Shown here: piece after piece, positions 1 to 9,589 of the stretch | Layout: the number at the start of each line of letters is the position of its first letter | Position numbering within the stretch: position 1 is the first letter of the stretch | DNA from: a virus | Direction: 5' to 3' (one strand) | Virus record (IMG/VR): IMGVR_UViG_3300037261_000044 | Location: 31,228-95,227 of that record | Length of the DNA: 64,000 bases | The notes under the pieces: generated by a model | Seen by the model: the letters and a program-made list of their open reading frames with translations, nothing else | What the model was told of the DNA's origin: nothing | Database searches by the model: none | Program-made: the position numbers and the translations under genes

Positions 1-60
1 ACGACGGAGGCCGGACGCCTCGGCAATGCGCAGACCTCCCAGAACCATGGTGCTGAGTAA
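1..60 (+). CDS. 3' end of a gene starting before the window
   Basis: Open frame TTEAGRLGNAQTSQNHGAE ending TAA at 58-60, converging on the minus-strand operon. Confidence 0.4.
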   Translation, partial: TTEAGRLGNAQTSQNHGAE

Positions 61-103
61 AGCCCGGTCGCGCCGCCCGGAACGACAACGAAGGTCTGGC
101 ACC

Positions 104-391
104 TCAAGAAGGCGTCCCACTTCGTCTTTGCTGAGCACCTGCACCATTTCTTAATCTCCTGCTGTTCTCAAGAAGAGCACTCGCTACTCTCAAGAACGCA
201 GCTATCGTCTCGGTGTTACAGCAGTGTACGTGCTTCTCCCTGAGGGTGTCAAGGAGCCGGGACTCAGGAATCGCCCGCGAGCAGTTGATGCACTCGTAGT
301 CGCGAATCCTCGCTCCCTCTGCCGGGTACGCCATGAGGTGCAGCGACCCGTGACAGACTGGACACCCGTGATTTATCACCGGCCAATCCAT
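104..391 (-). CDS. hypothetical Zn-ribbon protein
   Basis: CPVC...CINC motif; overlaps the stop of the upstream gene. Confidence 0.55.
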   Translation of the reverse strand: MDWPVINHGCPVCHGSLHLMAYPAEGARIRDYECINCSRAIPESRLLDTLREKHVHCCNTETIAAFLRVASALLENSRRLRNGAGAQQRRSGTPS

Positions 392-1590
392 TCCTGAAAC
401 TGGCGCATCTCTTCAACGGAGGCGAGGTGCAGAATCTCCTTGTGCACCATCCCGTGCTTCGGGTGCATGAACCAGAGGTCTTGGGACGGCAGCGACGCCG
501 CAGGGCGCGACATGCTGATGCTGAAGTCCGAGGGGCCGACGAAGCAGCCGCCCTGACTGATGGCACCGCCAATCTCGTGCTCAGCCATCTGGCTCTCGTG
601 CAGGTGCGCCTTGACGAGGTAGTTGATGGTCTCGCCGACGACGCTGTTCCACGCCAGCTTGGTCGCCATGGCCCCGGTGTACGTGGACTGGATGCCCTTC
701 ATGCCGTGGCCGTGCGTGATGAGGAACTTGAACCCCAGCACGTCGAGCAGCATGCGCGGGCTGGACGCGATGTAGAAGTCGATGGCCCCGCCGCTCATGA
801 TGCGGACGCCACCCGGCGTCATCGAGGTGTTCCACTCGCCGCCTACAGAGGCGCGAATGCGGTCGGCGATGTTCTGCCACGCCATGAGTTCGATGTTGTC
901 CGGCGGAAAGGCGTCCTTGGCGCTCTGGGCGATGCGCCCGTGGTTGCCGTGCACCTTGTAGATGGTGATGTGCTTGTAGCGCTCAAGCAGCGACAGGAGG
1001 ACGTTCGACACGTCGTCCACGAAGCCGAGGTACTGGAAGCCGATGGACTCCGACATGCTGAACGCCTGCGTGCCGAACATCTTGCCGTGGCCCTCGAAGT
1101 CGTCGCCCAGCGCGAGCAGGTGGCCCTCTTCAACGGTCGTCGTCAGTTGGTGCAGTTGCGTGAACCGGAGGACGAGGTTGCGCCACCGGGCCAGCCGGTC
1201 ACGCGCGATGTCCGGGTCGTAGAAGGCGAAGCCGCCGTTCACACGCGGGTCTATCTTGCTGCCGAAGTGGTAGTCGTGAAACGGGAAGACGGCCTGAATG
1301 GGACTGTCGAACCCCATGTCCTTCAGTTGCGTGGCCTTGATTATCTTCGGGACAGGCGGGAGAGCAATGCGGCTCTCAAGGAACTTCGCGGCGTCGCCGT
1401 AGAGTTCGTTCTGAAGTTCCCGGCGCTGCTCTTCAATCTTCTTGTCGGCGGCGATGGAAGCCGTCTTGTTTACGTGCGCCTCACGCTTTTCGTACCCCTT
1501 ACGGGCGTTCTCGACACGGTGTTCGTCCGTGCAATACTTTGCGTCCTTGCGGGCCTTCTCGTGACACGGAGGGAACTTGCAGATAGCCAT
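376..1590 (-). CDS. calcineurin-like metallophosphoesterase/nuclease
   Basis: Motifs DYHFG, LGDD, GNHGR, THGH, HLH; N-terminal Cys motif; AAGGAG RBS. Confidence 0.85.
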   Translation of the reverse strand: MAICKFPPCHEKARKDAKYCTDEHRVENARKGYEKREAHVNKTASIAADKKIEEQRRELQNELYGDAAKFLESRIALPPVPKIIKATQLKDMGFDSPIQAVFPFHDYHFGSKIDPRVNGGFAFYDPDIARDRLARWRNLVLRFTQLHQLTTTVEEGHLLALGDDFEGHGKMFGTQAFSMSESIGFQYLGFVDDVSNVLLSLLERYKHITIYKVHGNHGRIAQSAKDAFPPDNIELMAWQNIADRIRASVGGEWNTSMTPGGVRIMSGGAIDFYIASSPRMLLDVLGFKFLITHGHGMKGIQSTYTGAMATKLAWNSVVGETINYLVKAHLHESQMAEHEIGGAISQGGCFVGPSDFSISMSRPAASLPSQDLWFMHPKHGMVHKEILHLASVEEMRQFQEWIGR

Positions 1591-1610
1591 GAAAACTCCT
1601 TGCGATACTC

Positions 1611-1621
1611 TTCAGTGTACC
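1611..1621 (-). promoter_or_regulatory. GGTACACTGAA -10-type promoter motif
   Basis: Matches the GTATACTGAA motif at 26337, 52041 and 55512; intergenic, upstream of an RBS. Confidence 0.5.
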
Positions 1622-1623
1622 AG

Positions 1624-2133
1624 TTACGGTACCACGATGCCGTTCACTGCGCGGCGCGCCCACCACGCTGCCAAGTCTTCGAGCGAAGGGAAGAATCGCT
1701 TGCTCAAGCCGATGAGAAACATGTCCGGCTGCTCCGACTCGTCCACGTAGAGGATAGGCGTGTTGGTCGCAGCGGCGTAGCCCATCTCTGCGGCCATGCC
1801 GTGGCTGGCATAGCCGCCGGGGTAGTACGCGATGATGAGTTGTGCCCGTTCAACGAGCGCGATGTCCTGCGCTACGAACTGGTAGAGCGCGTCTTGCTTG
1901 CTGTCACGGAATGGGTCGAGGCCGACGACTGGAAGATGCGCCTCTATCCACTCGCGCCAGTTGCGTCCGTTCTGGACGCTACGCCCTCCGGCGATGTACG
2001 TGTCCACCGGCTCTATGCCCGCATCGCGCCAGAACTTCTGCCACACCAGCGGGTCAGCATCCCTGTCCGGGACGGTAGTATACGTCTCGGGTATCGGGTC
2101 AGCGGGCAGGCGCTTCAACAGTCTCACTTCCAT
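1624..2133 (-). CDS. nucleoside 2-deoxyribosyltransferase / DNPH1-like N-glycosidase
   Basis: TYIAGG, QDIALVERA, SHGMAAEMGYAAATNTPI motifs. Confidence 0.8.
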   Translation of the reverse strand: MEVRLLKRLPADPIPETYTTVPDRDADPLVWQKFWRDAGIEPVDTYIAGGRSVQNGRNWREWIEAHLPVVGLDPFRDSKQDALYQFVAQDIALVERAQLIIAYYPGGYASHGMAAEMGYAAATNTPILYVDESEQPDMFLIGLSKRFFPSLEDLAAWWARRAVNGIVVP

Positions 2134-2561
2134 CAGGGCACCTTCTTCAGTTCCGCCATGAGTTCATCAGGCGTGAACACTACGCGCGTGGCGAAACGGT
2201 ACATGACATCCCAGCGCCACTCTGGCTCTTCATCGAAGAGGATGAACGTCGGGCGTCCCATCCCCGCCATGTACCCTAACTCAAGATGGCCGGACTTGCC
2301 AGCCGGGAGCACCAGCACTGCTACGTCGGAGTCTTGCAGGTGATGCAGGTCGAACTCAAAGACGTGTGTCGCTGCGTGACCGTAGAGCGCTTCCTTGTAG
2401 GTGCGCTCACGCTGCTGCTCATAGAACTTCCACGAGTCATCGGCTTTCTCTCCGGCGGCGAACCAGTCATCGAAGACCTCGTAGCCGCCAATGCGAAGGA
2501 TGGCCGCAATGACTTGCACCCGTGGGTTCCTGAGCGAGCCGATGAGATAGACCTTTGTCAT
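2133..2561 (-). CDS. nucleoside 2-deoxyribosyltransferase-like protein
   Basis: VYLIGS, FDLHHLQDSD, GKSGHLELGYMAGMGRP motifs. Confidence 0.8.
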   Translation of the reverse strand: MTKVYLIGSLRNPRVQVIAAILRIGGYEVFDDWFAAGEKADDSWKFYEQQRERTYKEALYGHAATHVFEFDLHHLQDSDVAVLVLPAGKSGHLELGYMAGMGRPTFILFDEEPEWRWDVMYRFATRVVFTPDELMAELKKVP

Positions 2562-2989
2562 GGCTTCACCGTAGCAGTCGTCTCGCCCCTAGTCAAGGCA
2601 AGCAACACATTCGCACACTGGGCACGCCTCAGGTAGGCGGCGGCACGGTCGAACGCCTCAGGCGCGTTGCGGAAGTAGCCAACCATCTTGTTGCAGGGGC
2701 CGCAGAGCAGTCCCCTGACCAGACCTGTATCGTGGTCGTGGTCTACAGCGAGGCGCTTCGTCTTACCGGTGGCGCGCTGGCAGATGGCACAGGCACCGCC
2801 CTGCTCCCGGTACATGCGCTCGTAGGCTCCCGGTTCGAGGCCGTAGGTCTTTGCCACCATCCGCTCGTGGTTGTGCGCTCTCTGTCGCTTACGGAATGCA
2901 CGGTGGTGCGTCGCACAGCGTGGGCCGGGGTACGGCGCAGGCCGCATGGAGCCGGGAGTACAGTCCTTGCAGGCAACGTCAGCACTCAC
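2558..2989 (-). CDS. recombination endonuclease VII
   Basis: YGL...QGGACAIC...LAVDHDHDTGLVRGLLCGPCN. Confidence 0.92.
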   Translation of the reverse strand: MSADVACKDCTPGSMRPAPYPGPRCATHHRAFRKRQRAHNHERMVAKTYGLEPGAYERMYREQGGACAICQRATGKTKRLAVDHDHDTGLVRGLLCGPCNKMVGYFRNAPEAFDRAAAYLRRAQCANVLLALTRGETTATVKP

Positions 2990-3240
2990 AGTCCACCATG
3001 CTCTTTGCAGCGCGCATGAAGTGGGTCGCGACCGTCATACACATGGCCTTTGCAAGAGCCAAGCGGTGTACCCTCACCTTCGAATTGGCAGGTTGGGCGC
3101 GGGGCCATCGCCATGGCGACTAGGGCGTGCGGACGACAGTAGTGCTTGGTACCCACCTCGTAGTCGCCGTCGCTCTTGCAGCGGTCAGAGGGTAGATAAT
3201 CTATCCCGGCGTCAGCCTCATAAGCGTCACACTGATTCAT
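2986..3240 (-). CDS. hypothetical Cys-rich protein
   Basis: ATGA-coupled to its neighbours. Confidence 0.6.
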   Translation of the reverse strand: MNQCDAYEADAGIDYLPSDRCKSDGDYEVGTKHYCRPHALVAMAMAPRPTCQFEGEGTPLGSCKGHVYDGRDPLHARCKEHGGL

Positions 3241-3848
3241 CGGGTCTTCAGGTGGTCGGTCACCCCCTCAAACGACTCCGGCCAGTGCGGGCCGACCGCG
3301 ATGGCGACGAACGTGCCGATGGGGTTATGACTGAAACCGCTGTCATGCGCCGTCCCGATGGTTAGGCCGCGCGCCTCAGCCTTGCGTTGCACCGCGAGCA
3401 GTTCTTCCTCGCTGCTGACGAAGACGACAATCTTCGCGAACGACTGCTGGCCGGTGTGCTCGATGCCGGGGTCTAGCTCGGTGAGCCACTGTAGCTGGTC
3501 GCTCGTGAACGTGACGATGGTATCTACCTCAGGCAGGCCGCGCAGCGATAGAGCACGTTTGCTGGCGTACTTGTCGGCCAGCCACTTCATGGAGGCGTGC
3601 GCTACCATAGTCGCCGTCTTGCCTGTCGGCATGCCGAGGTCTTTGCGAACGACGATGACCTGTTTGAGGTAGCGCGGCGGTGTCGCAGCGATAATCGCAG
3701 CGACCTGCGCGATTTCCTCATCGGTCGGCGGGTCAGCGTATTGGCTGCCGCGCGGCTCTTTAGCACCGCCGCGTGGCTCCTTAGCACCGCCGCGTGGCTC
3801 GCCTTCAGACCACGTGCGTCCTTCTGCGTCTGTCCACTGCCTAGTCAT
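3237..3848 (-). CDS. pth2: peptidyl-tRNA hydrolase type 2 with N-terminal extension
   Basis: KQVIVVRKDLGMPTGK...AHAS, KIVV, DSG, AIAVGP...VTDHLK; start moved to ATG 3848 after a GGAGG RBS. Confidence 0.9.
   Translation of the reverse strand: MTRQWTDAEGRTWSEGEPRGGAKEPRGGAKEPRGSQYADPPTDEEIAQVAAIIAATPPRYLKQVIVVRKDLGMPTGKTATMVAHASMKWLADKYASKRALSLRGLPEVDTIVTFTSDQLQWLTELDPGIEHTGQQSFAKIVVFVSSEEELLAVQRKAEARGLTIGTAHDSGFSHNPIGTFVAIAVGPHWPESFEGVTDHLKTR
3747..3800. repeat. 21-bp tandem repeat (about 2.5 copies) encoding EPRGGAK
   Basis: ggctcYttagcaccgccgcgt units seen directly. Confidence 0.9.
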
Positions 3849-4167
3849 CCCAACGACCTCCCTTGATGAACTCGACGCATTCCTTGTAGGAGCGCACCGT
3901 CTCACCGTTCTTGGGCATGCGCGCCGGGGCAGGTTTCGCCACCAGTGCTGCTTTGTTCCCGTAGATGCGCTGATACTCCGGCGACGACTGCATGCAGAAG
4001 TCACAGAGCAGGTTCTTGCCCTCGGGGAAGACCTCAACCTGCGTCACCTTTGCGGGCAGCACAAGCCAGCCGCGCAGGTAGAATCCCCCAGTGAAACCGT
4101 CCACCGCAGCGATGGTGCCCTTCACCAGACCGCCGCACGTGTCACAGGCGACTGTTACCTTGCTCAT
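3841..4167 (-). CDS. hypothetical protein with CxxC pairs
   Basis: CDTC...CDFC; GGAG RBS before MSKVTV. Confidence 0.65.
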   Translation of the reverse strand: MSKVTVACDTCGGLVKGTIAAVDGFTGGFYLRGWLVLPAKVTQVEVFPEGKNLLCDFCMQSSPEYQRIYGNKAALVAKPAPARMPKNGETVRSYKECVEFIKGGRWDD

Positions 4168-4327
4168 CGGTTTCTCCAATCCCAATTGAACTTCTTCCAG
4201 CGTAGCTGATAGCGGATGTTCCGTCAAGAGAAACGCGGGTATGGGTGCGATTGTGCACATAGATAGTCATCGCAGTACGGGCCATCGGCTTTGACCGTCA
4301 GCAGTATGCAAGCGAGCCGCCCCATGT

Positions 4328-4540
4328 TCATGATACTTCGTCCTTCCGGCCTTCTTGTTCCAGCATGAACTTCTCGTGGTCAGGGCCACCACACACGTAC
4401 TGTTCCCACCCGTAGTTTCCGTGGTAGGTCTCATGCTTCCAGCAGAAGGTTTTCTCCCACGACACAACTCGCACCGTCGTCTCGGGATGGTACGGTATGA
4501 AAGTAGCAGATGCGCCGGACTTCAAGTGTGGGTGACTCAT
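4328..4540 (-). CDS. hypothetical protein
   Basis: ATGA-coupled to the upstream gene. Confidence 0.55.
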   Translation of the reverse strand: MSHPHLKSGASATFIPYHPETTVRVVSWEKTFCWKHETYHGNYGWEQYVCGGPDHEKFMLEQEGRKDEVS

Positions 4541-5181
4541 TGCTCATCCCTCTCGGTCTTCAGTACAACGACCTTGCCGACGCTGCGCACGTCAATCACC
4601 ACGTCCGCTACATCAGCATACACCCTATCCTGCGTGACGAACAGGAGTTGCATCCCGGTGTCGTCCACCAGTTGCCGGAGCAGTCGCGCCAACACCGGCA
4701 CCTTCTCTTCCTGCATGCCGCCGAATGCCTCGTCTAGCAGGATGACGTGCCGGAGTTCAGGTCGGTGCGCCAGTGTCACCATGAGGTGCAAGAGGAACGA
4801 CGTAATCTGCACGACGCTGCCGCCCGTGCAGTCCATGATGCCGGTCTCGCCGCGCGGCGTCTCGATGCTGAACGAGATGGCGCTGGCACCGTTCTTGATG
4901 CTGGACTTGATGTGCAGGTAGGTGTCCTCATCGAACACCAGCGTCAGGCCGTCACTCACGACCTCTTCGAGCGAGGATTCGAATGACTTGCGCCACTCAC
5001 CTTCCAGCGCGATGGCGAGCGCCTGCGTCAGTTCCAACACCTCGACCTCTTCGGCCAGTGCCTTGCGCTTGCCGTGAGAGTTGGCCGACTGAATGACGAT
5101 ACGCTCCCGCGACCCCAGCGCACGCTGTGCACTTTGGAACCGGAGAGCGTAAACATCCTTGACCCGGTTAAGCGATGCCAA
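4537..5181 (-). CDS. SbcC/Rad50 ATPase C-terminal half
   Basis: Coiled coil, signature-like TGGS, Walker B ILLDEAF, FVTQ H-loop position; TTG start after GAGGTGG. Confidence 0.8.
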   Translation of the reverse strand: MASLNRVKDVYALRFQSAQRALGSRERIVIQSANSHGKRKALAEEVEVLELTQALAIALEGEWRKSFESSLEEVVSDGLTLVFDEDTYLHIKSSIKNGASAISFSIETPRGETGIMDCTGGSVVQITSFLLHLMVTLAHRPELRHVILLDEAFGGMQEEKVPVLARLLRQLVDDTGMQLLFVTQDRVYADVADVVIDVRSVGKVVVLKTERDEQ

Positions 5182-5386
5182 GAGTCTTCTCCACCTCTTC
5201 GAGTTCGGCAGTGAGTTCCGCCTCAGCATCTCGAATAGCAGTCCACGCCGTCTTGGGGGCTAACCCCAGTGCCTTCAGCGCTTCCTTGGCGGTGTTCAAG
5301 TCCTGCTCTGCGCGCTTCTTGCGCTCTTCAAGCGCGGCGCGCTTCTGCACGCAGGTGTCGATTCTTTCGCGGAGGGAACTAGCCAT
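5168..5386 (-). CDS. small coiled-coil protein
   Basis: Heptad-rich ORF overlapping its neighbours. Confidence 0.7.
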   Translation of the reverse strand: MASSLRERIDTCVQKRAALEERKKRAEQDLNTAKEALKALGLAPKTAWTAIRDAEAELTAELEEVEKTLGIA

Positions 5387-6377
5387 TGATGCCTGCCTTC
5401 TCAAGATACTCGCCTAGCCTCAGCTTAGCACGCGCGTCGGCATCGCCGCCACCCACCTTAGCAAGTACCTCGGCGAGGGAACCGCCTTCGACGCTGATGG
5501 CCTCTTCCACGCTGCGCACGAACCGGCGCATGGCCTTAGTGACTTCCACGTGCGACCCGGCCTTCGTCAGGAAGAGTTGGTCGGCGGGGACGGCGCTGGA
5601 TAATAGGAGTTCATCGAAGTAGACCTCAGTCTTGTCCAACTGCACTTGCAGGAGCCGCATGACGCGCTGCTCGTTGTCGTCGGTATGCTGCGTGCGCCCC
5701 AGTGACCCGAGCGAGGCGAACGTGCAGCCGCGTACATCATGAATGCCCACATCCCAGTGCGGGTGGCCGAAGAGGCAGATGTCCATCCCCTCGGTCGGTA
5801 TGGTGTCCATGGGGATGACGTGGAACGGATAGCCCTTGCCCGGTACCGTGATGGTGCCGTGCGCCACCTTGATGGCCCAGTCCACGCCGGAGACGCGCTC
5901 TAGGCCGAAGTTCTGCGGGTTGTGGTCGATGGCGTCGAAGTAGTTCGCCGGAGAGAACTGGATGCGAACGCTGCACTCGTCGTTGTGCGGCGCGCCCGGA
6001 GTAAGCGAGAGGCAGGTCTCAACTACGAGGTCTTCCTTCAGCCACTCAAGGCTACCCTCCTTGAAGAGCAGGCCGATGGGCTGAGAGGGAACCGAGGCGA
6101 GACCCCCGTACCCGAGGTCGTGGTTGCCAACGATAGCCAGCTTGCGCCCCGGCCAGTGTTGCAGCAAGTCCATGGCCCACCACTTCAGGCTATCCGGCAC
6201 GTTGCGCTTGCTGTGGAAGAAGTCGCCTGTGAAGATAGTGAACTCGCACCCGTTGTCGATGGCGTACTGCCGCGCCTCGACCAGCATGCCCTTCACGTCA
6301 TCCACGTAGACATCGCGGCAGCCCATGGGAGGCGACGCGGCTAAGTGCACATCGTTGATGACGAGCAGGCGAATCAT
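5379..6377 (-). CDS. SbcD/Mre11-like nuclease
   Basis: NDVHL, TGDFFH, GNHD, AHG, GHPH, GSLGR motifs; sits between the SbcC halves. Confidence 0.9.
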   Translation of the reverse strand: MIRLLVINDVHLAASPPMGCRDVYVDDVKGMLVEARQYAIDNGCEFTIFTGDFFHSKRNVPDSLKWWAMDLLQHWPGRKLAIVGNHDLGYGGLASVPSQPIGLLFKEGSLEWLKEDLVVETCLSLTPGAPHNDECSVRIQFSPANYFDAIDHNPQNFGLERVSGVDWAIKVAHGTITVPGKGYPFHVIPMDTIPTEGMDICLFGHPHWDVGIHDVRGCTFASLGSLGRTQHTDDNEQRVMRLLQVQLDKTEVYFDELLLSSAVPADQLFLTKAGSHVEVTKAMRRFVRSVEEAISVEGGSLAEVLAKVGGGDADARAKLRLGEYLEKAGING

Positions 6378-6592
6378 TCGGGCTTGCCTCGGTACCAATT
6401 CGCCAACGCCGTCTGTGCACTCATGAGGTCTGTGCTGTGACGGATGAACTGATTCAGTTCGACACGGCGCTGCTGGGCGAGCACGATAGTGCGGTTGATG
6501 CGTGTAATCTCTTCCTGAGCAAGCAGTACCTCACGCACTCGCGCATCACGCTCTTGCTCGATGACGAATGCTTTGTCGCTTGGCCTAGTCAT
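6374..6592 (-). CDS. small coiled-coil protein
   Basis: Coupled ORF in the operon. Confidence 0.6.
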   Translation of the reverse strand: MTRPSDKAFVIEQERDARVREVLLAQEEITRINRTIVLAQQRRVELNQFIRHSTDLMSAQTALANWYRGKPE

Positions 6593-7700
6593 CTTCCGGT
6601 AACGCTCCTATCTTCGGCATTGGCTGGCCGCACTCCGGGCACAGGTCTTGCTGGTTCCACTCGTCTACGAGGTATCCGTAGACCTTCTCGACCTCAGCCT
6701 GCTCTTCGAGGACTTCGGTGAGTACGCTGTCGGCGTGCGTCAGGTCGAGGTGCGCGGTGTACTGGGCCTCAAGTCGCCCGTACTTCGCCAACAGAGGCAT
6801 GACCTCCGGGAGGGTGCCAATCAGCATTTCTGCCTCAGCAGCCTCATACTCACGCCGGGTGCGTCGGGCGTCGAGCAGCCAGTTGAAGGCGCTCTTCAGG
6901 CCGTCCATGGTGTCGTCGGCGGGTAGGTCTCCGATGCCTTCGACGGTACGCCGTGCCTCATCATAGAGGCCGACCTGCTGGCGCACTATGATGATGCGGC
7001 GCTGTTCCATCTCGATAAGGTCGATGCCTATGGCGACGTTCTCTAGCAACTCCACCTCTGCGTCGAGGCCGTCGAACTCTTTCATCTGTAGGTCAAGGGA
7101 CTCGATGAGTGCGCCCTCTGCGCTGAGACCTTGCTTTGCTTTCCGCAGGTCGCCGCGTATCAATCCCTGTGCTTCCACGACGACATCCAGCTTGGTCATC
7201 TTCGCCAGAGCGCGAGCAGCCTGACCATCCGGGCGGTCTATGAGGAAGGCGTACTCGCCTTGGGTGTGTATCTGGGGTGTGATGGTGAGGGTCTTGTCAA
7301 CCTCAATCTGCGCAATGCCAAGTACGCCAGACACCTCCGGCGGGACAGCCGCGCCGAGTTTGCTGAAGTGCTGCTGCTCACCGGGGTGGAGTTCACCATT
7401 GGTGTCCAGTTCGTACAGGTCATAGGTAGCGCCGCCTTCGCGCTTCTTGCGCCACCGCAGGAGGTGCGTGTTGGCGTCGCCGTCGAACAGGGTGAGGTCA
7501 ACGGTCGTCTTGTCCTTGCCGTGGGTGATGTAGTCGGTACCAGTCTGGTTGAAGCAGGCGTACCGGATAGCGCGCAGGAGCGCGGACTTTCCGGCGGCGT
7601 TGTCGCCAACGATGACGGTCAACGGCCCAAGCGGAACATCCGCGTCCAAGATGGACTGGAAGTTCTTGACTACCAGATTGCTGAACCCGCTGCGCTTCAC
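6585..7700 (-). CDS. SbcC/Rad50 ATPase N-terminal half ending in a zinc hook
   Basis: NFQS, Walker A GDNAAGKS, Q-loop, coiled coil, CPECG. Confidence 0.9.
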   Translation of the reverse strand: MKRSGFSNLVVKNFQSILDADVPLGPLTVIVGDNAAGKSALLRAIRYACFNQTGTDYITHGKDKTTVDLTLFDGDANTHLLRWRKKREGGATYDLYELDTNGELHPGEQQHFSKLGAAVPPEVSGVLGIAQIEVDKTLTITPQIHTQGEYAFLIDRPDGQAARALAKMTKLDVVVEAQGLIRGDLRKAKQGLSAEGALIESLDLQMKEFDGLDAEVELLENVAIGIDLIEMEQRRIIIVRQQVGLYDEARRTVEGIGDLPADDTMDGLKSAFNWLLDARRTRREYEAAEAEMLIGTLPEVMPLLAKYGRLEAQYTAHLDLTHADSVLTEVLEEQAEVEKVYGYLVDEWNQQDLCPECGQPMPKIGALPEDD

Positions 7701-7943
7701 ATCTCTGCTCCGAAGACGGCGATGATGAGGGTGATGGCCCAGAGAATGGCGACGATAGCGACTGTCATGGTACCTCCGTGGGGCAGATGGTGTGGATGAA
7801 TCCGAGAGGCTTGCCGGGGATGTTCACGATTTCCCGGCAGTTGGTAGGAGAGGCAGTTGGCCCGGTCGCAGCTTGGACGAACAGGAAGAGCGCCATCCCG
7901 AGGGTGACGCCTATCACTGCCACAACCGCGAGCCGGAAATGCC

Positions 7944-8321
7944 TCACCGGGCGGCAACCAACTTCGGCGGTACCGGTGTCGCAATCTCGCTCAGGTGGAG
8001 GTTCTGGATGATGAGGTGGTCGGCGACACGGAACGTGTCTTTGAAGTCCTCGTACACGATGGTAATCTGGCAGAAGCATCCACCGTCGCGGGCGATTATT
8101 TCCGCTGGTGGTTGCATGATGCCCATACCAACGACTTCTCCGATATGCTCCACCATTATCTCTTTGCCTTTGTCGTCCTTCTCGGGGACAAGGTAAGAGG
8201 ACTTCCTACCGAGTGCCCACGACTGCCCGGTGCCGCTGATGATGATGCTCTTCAGCTTAGCCTGCACCTGCACCTCGATGGGCTTCGGGACGCCGGGGCC
8301 ATTGCGTTGCTCTGCCATCAA
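7944..8321 (-). CDS. hypothetical protein
   Basis: GGAGG RBS; coupled to the recA stop. Confidence 0.7.
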   Translation of the reverse strand: MMAEQRNGPGVPKPIEVQVQAKLKSIIISGTGQSWALGRKSSYLVPEKDDKGKEIMVEHIGEVVGMGIMQPPAEIIARDGGCFCQITIVYEDFKDTFRVADHLIIQNLHLSEIATPVPPKLVAAR

Positions 8322-9589
8322 TCCTCCAATTCCTTCTCGAATGCCTCTAGTTCTGCGTCGGTCAGTGACCCGGCGTTCGGGCCTGTATCTTCGTCGCCTT
8401 CATCCTCCGCATCCACAGCGGTAGGAGTCTCGTCCAACACGAACCCTTCGAACCGGTGCGAGAGTTCATCGTCCATGGCCTTGCGGACAGCTTTGCACAC
8501 GGCGTCGTAGTCATCCGCCTTGGCGAAGTCCTTCGCGTACCACTTCTCGTCGCTGCCGCGCAGGTGGCAGAACGCGCCGACCTTGATGACGATGGCGGGC
8601 TTGGCGTCCAGCGCGAAGTCGAGAATCCACTTGTCGTTGTCCGGCCCCAGCGTCTTGCCCACCGTGATGAGGTTGAAGCGCGCGATGCGCCCCTTGGGGC
8701 CGCATTGGTTCTTCGCCACCTTGGCGGCAATCTTGATGCCGATGGCATTCTCTTCCTTCTGGTCTTCCTTTGGCACACCGACCGGCGCGACGAACCCGTA
8801 GGTCTTCATCGTGATGCGCACAGTGCAGTGGAACGCCAGCGGCTTCTGGGCGATGGTCGCCACTTTCGAACCCTTGTTGCCGGGGCCGGTGAACCCGATG
8901 GCTTCCTTCTCTTGGTTCACCGCGATGAGCGTGACGTTCTCGCGCGCCAGCTTGAAGCACAGTTTCTTGAGGTACTGCGACATCTGGCGCGCCGGAGAAC
9001 CCGGCTGGTTGTTGTCGTAGTTCGCCTCGAACTCCGCAGTGCTTGGCGTGGCTGCCACAGAGTCCCATGCTATCAGCACCTCTACGTCCGGGTCTTCGTC
9101 GCGGATGGCGTCAATCAGAACGTCAAGCTGTTGGAACACAAGCTGGATGTGCTCGGGATAGATAATCATGAGGGGCAGCGTGTCCTCGGTGGCGTCGCCG
9201 CGCGCGATGGCTGCCGGGAGGGTCTGGTCGTCATACAGGCCCAACCGCGCTGCATAGCGGCGGTCGAACTTGTACTCTGCGTCGATGTAGACTGTCTGCC
9301 CGCCACGCTTCTGGCACATGGCGAGGAACTTCGTCAGGGTGCTGGTCTTGCCAGCCTGCTCGTCACCTTGCAGGACGGTCATCCGGCCACGCGGTAGACC
9401 TCCGGCGTTACCCGCACCGATAGCGTAGTTGATAGCCAGCACGCCTGTGTCGCAGTATCCGGTGATGTCGCCATAGCCGCCGGACACGCTGATGCTCTCT
9501 TCGCCGAACTTCTTCTGCATCGCCTTCATGACGAGTTCGGTGATACGGGCTTTGTGCGCCGGAACCTTGGCTGCTGCTTTGCGTGGCAT
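8318..9589 (-). CDS. recA: RecA/UvsX recombinase
   Basis: GLPRGR, Walker A GDEQAGKT, YIDAE, WDSVAA, ARQMSQ, VNQ, KVAKN. Confidence 0.95.
   Translation of the reverse strand: MPRKAAAKVPAHKARITELVMKAMQKKFGEESISVSGGYGDITGYCDTGVLAINYAIGAGNAGGLPRGRMTVLQGDEQAGKTSTLTKFLAMCQKRGGQTVYIDAEYKFDRRYAARLGLYDDQTLPAAIARGDATEDTLPLMIIYPEHIQLVFQQLDVLIDAIRDEDPDVEVLIAWDSVAATPSTAEFEANYDNNQPGSPARQMSQYLKKLCFKLARENVTLIAVNQEKEAIGFTGPGNKGSKVATIAQKPLAFHCTVRITMKTYGFVAPVGVPKEDQKEENAIGIKIAAKVAKNQCGPKGRIARFNLITVGKTLGPDNDKWILDFALDAKPAIVIKVGAFCHLRGSDEKWYAKDFAKADDYDAVCKAVRKAMDDELSHRFEGFVLDETPTAVDAEDEGDEDTGPNAGSLTDAELEAFEKELED

Noticed and set aside
427-2343. Long antisense ORFs (also 8456-9397, 19669-20808, 25233-26327, 61300-62427)
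   Set aside because: Shadow frames of real genes in high-GC DNA; no motifs or RBS
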